Positions 59,991-64,000 of a DNA stretch of 64,000 nucleotides are shown here, piece after piece; the stretch's first letter is position 1, and every line of letters begins with the position of its first letter. The translations under genes were made by a program, and so were the position numbers. The notes below the pieces were generated by a model. That model did not search any database. It worked only from the letters and a program-made list of their open reading frames with translations, and was not told where the DNA came from. Origin of the DNA: Callorhinchus milii (Eukaryota); contig NW_024704755.1 of NCBI RefSeq assembly GCF_018977255.1, positions 186,001 through 250,000 of the forward strand, in the 5' to 3' direction.

Positions 59991-62900
59991 ATGGCGGCTC
60001 TGGACGCGGACAGTGAGGAGGAGGCGGGGGAATGGCCGCTTTGCGGGACTCCGCTGGAGCCGCTGCCAGAAGGTGGGTCACCCCGGGCCTGGGAGCCGGG
60101 CCGCCGCCTCGGAATCACGCGGGAGCCGCTCCAACTCCTGGCTCCAGGCCTCAGCCCCGCGCTTTCCCGGGGCCCGACCCCAGGCAGAAGGTCCCCGAGG
60201 CCGCGGCGCGGAGTGAGAGACTGTGGGGTGTAGTGACTGTGACTGTGTCCAGAACAGCTCCACCGGGACCTGACCCTGAACTCCGCGCCTCCATCAGCCG
60301 AGTCCTCGCCGCCTCCACCGGATCCTCTCCCGGTCCACACGCGCTCTGACACCTCTCTCTCTGACCTCCTCACTCCCCAAACCCACCGCCGCCGCCTGTG
60401 CGGCCCTCGGGCCCTCCAATCCACCATTGGTGGCCACACTTTCAGCCACTGCGCCCCAACACTCTGCAACGCTCTCCCTCAGTCCCTCCGCCTCACCCCC
60501 TCCTTCCCCCATCTTCAGGTCATAGCTCTTTGACCTATGGACACCTTCTCCGGTTCGGTACCAAACTGCTGTTCGCTCCGAGGTTCTCCCCTCCGGTGAC
60601 GGGCGCTGTGTAAATGTCGGTCAATGTTGGTTGAGTGTCGCGGTGACTGTGACTGTCCGGTGACCACAGTGATGGTCTGTATTGTGTCGGCAGACGCTGT
60701 GGACAGGAAGAAGCCGCTGCAGGAGCAGACGGTGAGAGACGAACGTGGGCGTTACCAGCGTTTCCACGGAGCCTTCACCGGAGGCTTCTCTGCCGGTTAT
60801 TTCAACTCCGTGGGCTCCCGAGAAGGTGAGGAATGCCAGAGGCCGGAGTCCTGCAGCTCAGTGGTTAGAGCACTCGCTTTGCGAGTGAGAGACCTGAGTT
60901 CAAGCCCAGGCAGAGGGCGAAACCTCGGGCAAGTTTCCTTACTCCACACAGAGCCTAATAATAATCCCTCCAAAACCAAAAACAATAATAAATTGGTCAT
61001 TCTCAATCTACGACTGTTTGTGGGACATTGCTGTGCGCAATTGGCTGCCGCGTTCGCCCACAAATATACAGTCAATTCACTTTACAGTGTGTTCTGTGAA
61101 GCGCTTTGGGACGTCCTCCCGACGTGAAAAGCGCTATATCAAATGCAAGGATTATTATTATTATTATTATCTGTTAATTACCGTGAACACGCGGTGCAGC
61201 GCGGTGCCGGTGAGGTTGGGCGGTGACTGTACACGTTATCTTTAGGTTGGACGCCGGCAACCTTTGTGTCATCACGGCAACAGAAAGCTGAGACTCAGCA
61301 ATACCGGCCGGAAGATTTCATGGACGAAGAGGTGAAAAAATCTGATCCTCAGTGAGAGCTTGTGGTGGCCCCCACTCCCCCTGGTCCCGCTCCGACTCCC
61401 CCGGCCCCGCTCCGACTCCCCCGGCCCCACCCTGACTCCCGGCCCCACCCTGCCCCGTGCTGACTGCGTTGTGTTTTGAAGGATTTGAACGAACATGGAA
61501 TTGCACCAACACGGATCAGCACCAGGGAGAGCTTCGCCTCCAAGTCCACTGACAAAATCCGGGACAAGGCGCGAGCGTTGGCTGCGGTGACAGCACCAAT
61601 CCCGGAAGCCACCATCCTGGACGATTTGATATCCCCGGCAAAGTGAGTGTGTTCCCGGGGCTCAGACAGCCTGCTTGCTAGGGGCCAGGCAGTGGGGAAA
61701 GCCGGGAGTGGTCTCTATGTTACATTGGGTCACAAGGCATCAATTTATAACATGGTCAGAATGCAGGAGGAGGACGATAATGATGGGTCAAAAAATCAAT
61801 AACAACTTGCACTTATATAGCGCCCTCCACGCAGAGCAGCGTCTCAGAGCTTTCCAGAGGGGGAGCCTGACTCTGTGCTGGGGGGGGGGAGGTGGCCGTA
61901 AGCACGGTCGAAGAGGAAGGTTTTCAGGCGGCACTTAAAAAAGGAGAGAGAGGGGGCAAGGCGGAGGAGGTTGGAGAGGTTGGGAGGTGCCAGGGAGTGA
62001 AGGGATTTGAACACGACTGTGATGGTGGTGGTTGTTGGCAAACGTAGAGTGACAGTAATTGTAAGTGTTTTACAGGGAGACCCTGGGGGTGCAGTTACTA
62101 CGCAGAATGGGCTGGAAAGAAGGTCAGGGGCTCGGGCCACGGGTGGGGAGGAAACGACATCAACGTCAAAAACTCGGTGAGGAATGCCCCCTCCGCATAA
62201 TCTCCCCCCCCGCACCATCCCCCCCTCCGCACCATCCCCCCCTCCGCACCATCTCTCCCCCCGCACCATCCCCCCTCCGCACCATCCCCCCGCCCCGCAC
62301 CATCTCCCCCCCCGCACCATCTCCCCCCCGCACCATCTCCCCCCCCGCACCATCTCCCCCACCGCACCATCCCCCCGCCCCGCACCATCTCCCCCCCCGC
62401 ACCATCTCCCCGCCACACCATTCCCCCCGCCGCACCATCTCCCCCCCCCCCCCACACCATCTCCCCCACCCCCTGCACCCCACCCCGCACCATCTCCCCC
62501 TCCCGCACCATCTCCCCCACACCCCACTCTGCCCGCGCACACACATCCCAGCATCTCCCTCCCACCTCCACACACAGATGCACTGGGAGTTAGGCCGGGC
62601 CTTTTGCTAACCTGCTATTTCTCCGCGGCAGGTGCTATTGTGGAGATTTACGGCTGTGCGTTGCCGGCCACCGGCTCAGATGGGTCCCAGGTGAGTTCCG
62701 GGCGTGTCTGCTGCCTTCCCCACTTGCTCGTAGCATCCTGACATCCGGCGGGCTGTGTGCCTGGGATCGGGATTGGGATTTGAATGTGCTCCTGCTCACA
62801 GTGTCCTGAGCTGATTCAATCTCTCACGCTCTCACCTTCTGGTCAAAGATTGTGGGTCCAAAGCCCCAGCTTAGGGCCTTGAGCTGCAGGCCTGGCTGAC

Positions 62901-63877
62901 ACTCAATTGTCTGAAATGCTGTTGTTTGGCTGAGAGGTTAAGTGTGGTCCTGTCTGTCTGTGTATCAGCGATGCCGTGACACTATTGGAAAAGAAACAGG
63001 ATTTTCTCGGGTCACCTATTTCTCCCTCATTCACTTCCTGTATGGGATGCTGATGTGAACGGATAACTGTCAGTTAGCTGCAGCCAAACACTGACTGATT
63101 ACTGTGAGGTGCTCTGTGATGTGGGATACGCTGTATGAGATGGCAGGAGTTTATTGTGTACAAACTGCTAGTTCTGTGTCTGACCCCCAGGAGGAAGACG
63201 ATGATCAGCCCAATAACGTGACGTTTGCCCCGAAGGATGTGATTCCGGTTGTGTTTAGTGTGAAGGATGATCGACACGGATTAGGTTACAGCGGGCTGGA
63301 CCCCAGCCTCGCCCTGTACACAGCGGCCCCTCGCGGAGACCCTCACCTGCTGGACCTAGGCTCAGAGAGGGCACGCTCTCTACTGGGCGACATTCACTCC
63401 AGCAAAGGCCGGAAACTGGGCATCACCGGGCAGGTACGTGGCTGAGGTCACACAAACTGTGCGCTGTTCATGGGGTGACAACAACAACAACAACAGGTTG
63501 CATTTACGCAGCGCCTTTCACTTTGGGAGGATGTCCCAAGGCTCCTGACAGTCAGGGACTTGGACCCGAGCTGGGGGTTGGGTTCAGGAGGGGGTGGAGG
63601 GTGGGGAGGTTGGGGGTTGAAAGGTGACTGAAGGCACGGCTGAGACACGTGCGGTGTGTGTTCTCGGTGGGTGGGGGGGGCGTGGCTGCTGTGTTCTTGG
63701 GAGTGATGTGTGCTCTCTGTTCTCAGGGGTTTGGAGTGGGGGCTCTGGAGGAGGAGGATGAGGATGTTTACGGCACAGACTCCCTGGCGAGGTACGACCA
63801 CGTGCTGGGGGAGGAGGAACCTGGGGACAGGCTGTATGGCTGGACGGCCCCTCGACACGACCGGGCGGCAATGAGAG
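59991..63877 (+). CDS. GPATCH1: G-patch domain-containing protein 1, first 8 coding exons (continues beyond the window)
   Basis: Exons 59991-60072, 60694-60825, 61246-61331, 61482-61642, 62076-62176, 62632-62690, 63191-63433, 63727-63877. [36 protein letters not shown]-patch [16 protein letters not shown] and [12 protein letters not shown] match recalled GPATCH1. Confidence 0.96.
60845..61170 (+). mobile_element. Full-length young DeuSINE in GPATCH1 intron 2
   Basis: Same SINE consensus; begins about 20 bp after the donor. Confidence 0.92.
62185..62525. repeat. (CCGCACCATCTCn) minisatellite in GPATCH1 intron 5
   Basis: Directly visible. Confidence 0.9.
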
Positions 63878-64000
63878 GTAACCAGGGCCTGGGACACTGT
63901 GCTTATTATGGGATGGCCATCTCCAAACCACTGCTCCAGGCTAAACAACACTTGGGATTTCATTCCAGGTTCAGCTCAGAGCTCAGCATTCCTAGGGAAA

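Overview
Gene-dense vertebrate genomic DNA, most likely from a cartilaginous fish (probably a chimaera), inferred from its tRNA-headed Deu-core SINEs with L2 tails, L2 LINEs, shark-type CR1 tails and a shark-type 55-bp minisatellite. Seven spliced protein-coding genes were reconstructed by hand with GT-AG junctions and consistent phases: ZC3H18 (3' part, +), IL17C (+), KIAA0513 (+), an unnamed TINF2/TIN2-N-domain gene (-), FAAP24 (+), RHPN2 (-) and GPATCH1 (5' part, +). Gene identities come from recalled human protein sequences, not from a database search. The most unusual observations are: (1) IL17C is enclosed by two inward-facing, ~97% identical copies of its own ~310-bp kB/TATA promoter, suggesting an antisense promoter or an invertible cassette; (2) a 16 x 28-bp array with an invariant CTCF-type motif in every unit ends 22 bp before the GPATCH1 ATG; (3) a 5-unit array of perfect RFX X-boxes follows the probable KIAA0513 first exon; (4) the TIN2-like gene lacks the TRF1-binding FxLxP motif, sits head-to-head with FAAP24, and its probable first coding exon lies in the loop of an inverted minisatellite pair. 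Two N gaps (46743-46888, 47043-47336) limit interpretation near that exon. Repeat boundaries are approximate.
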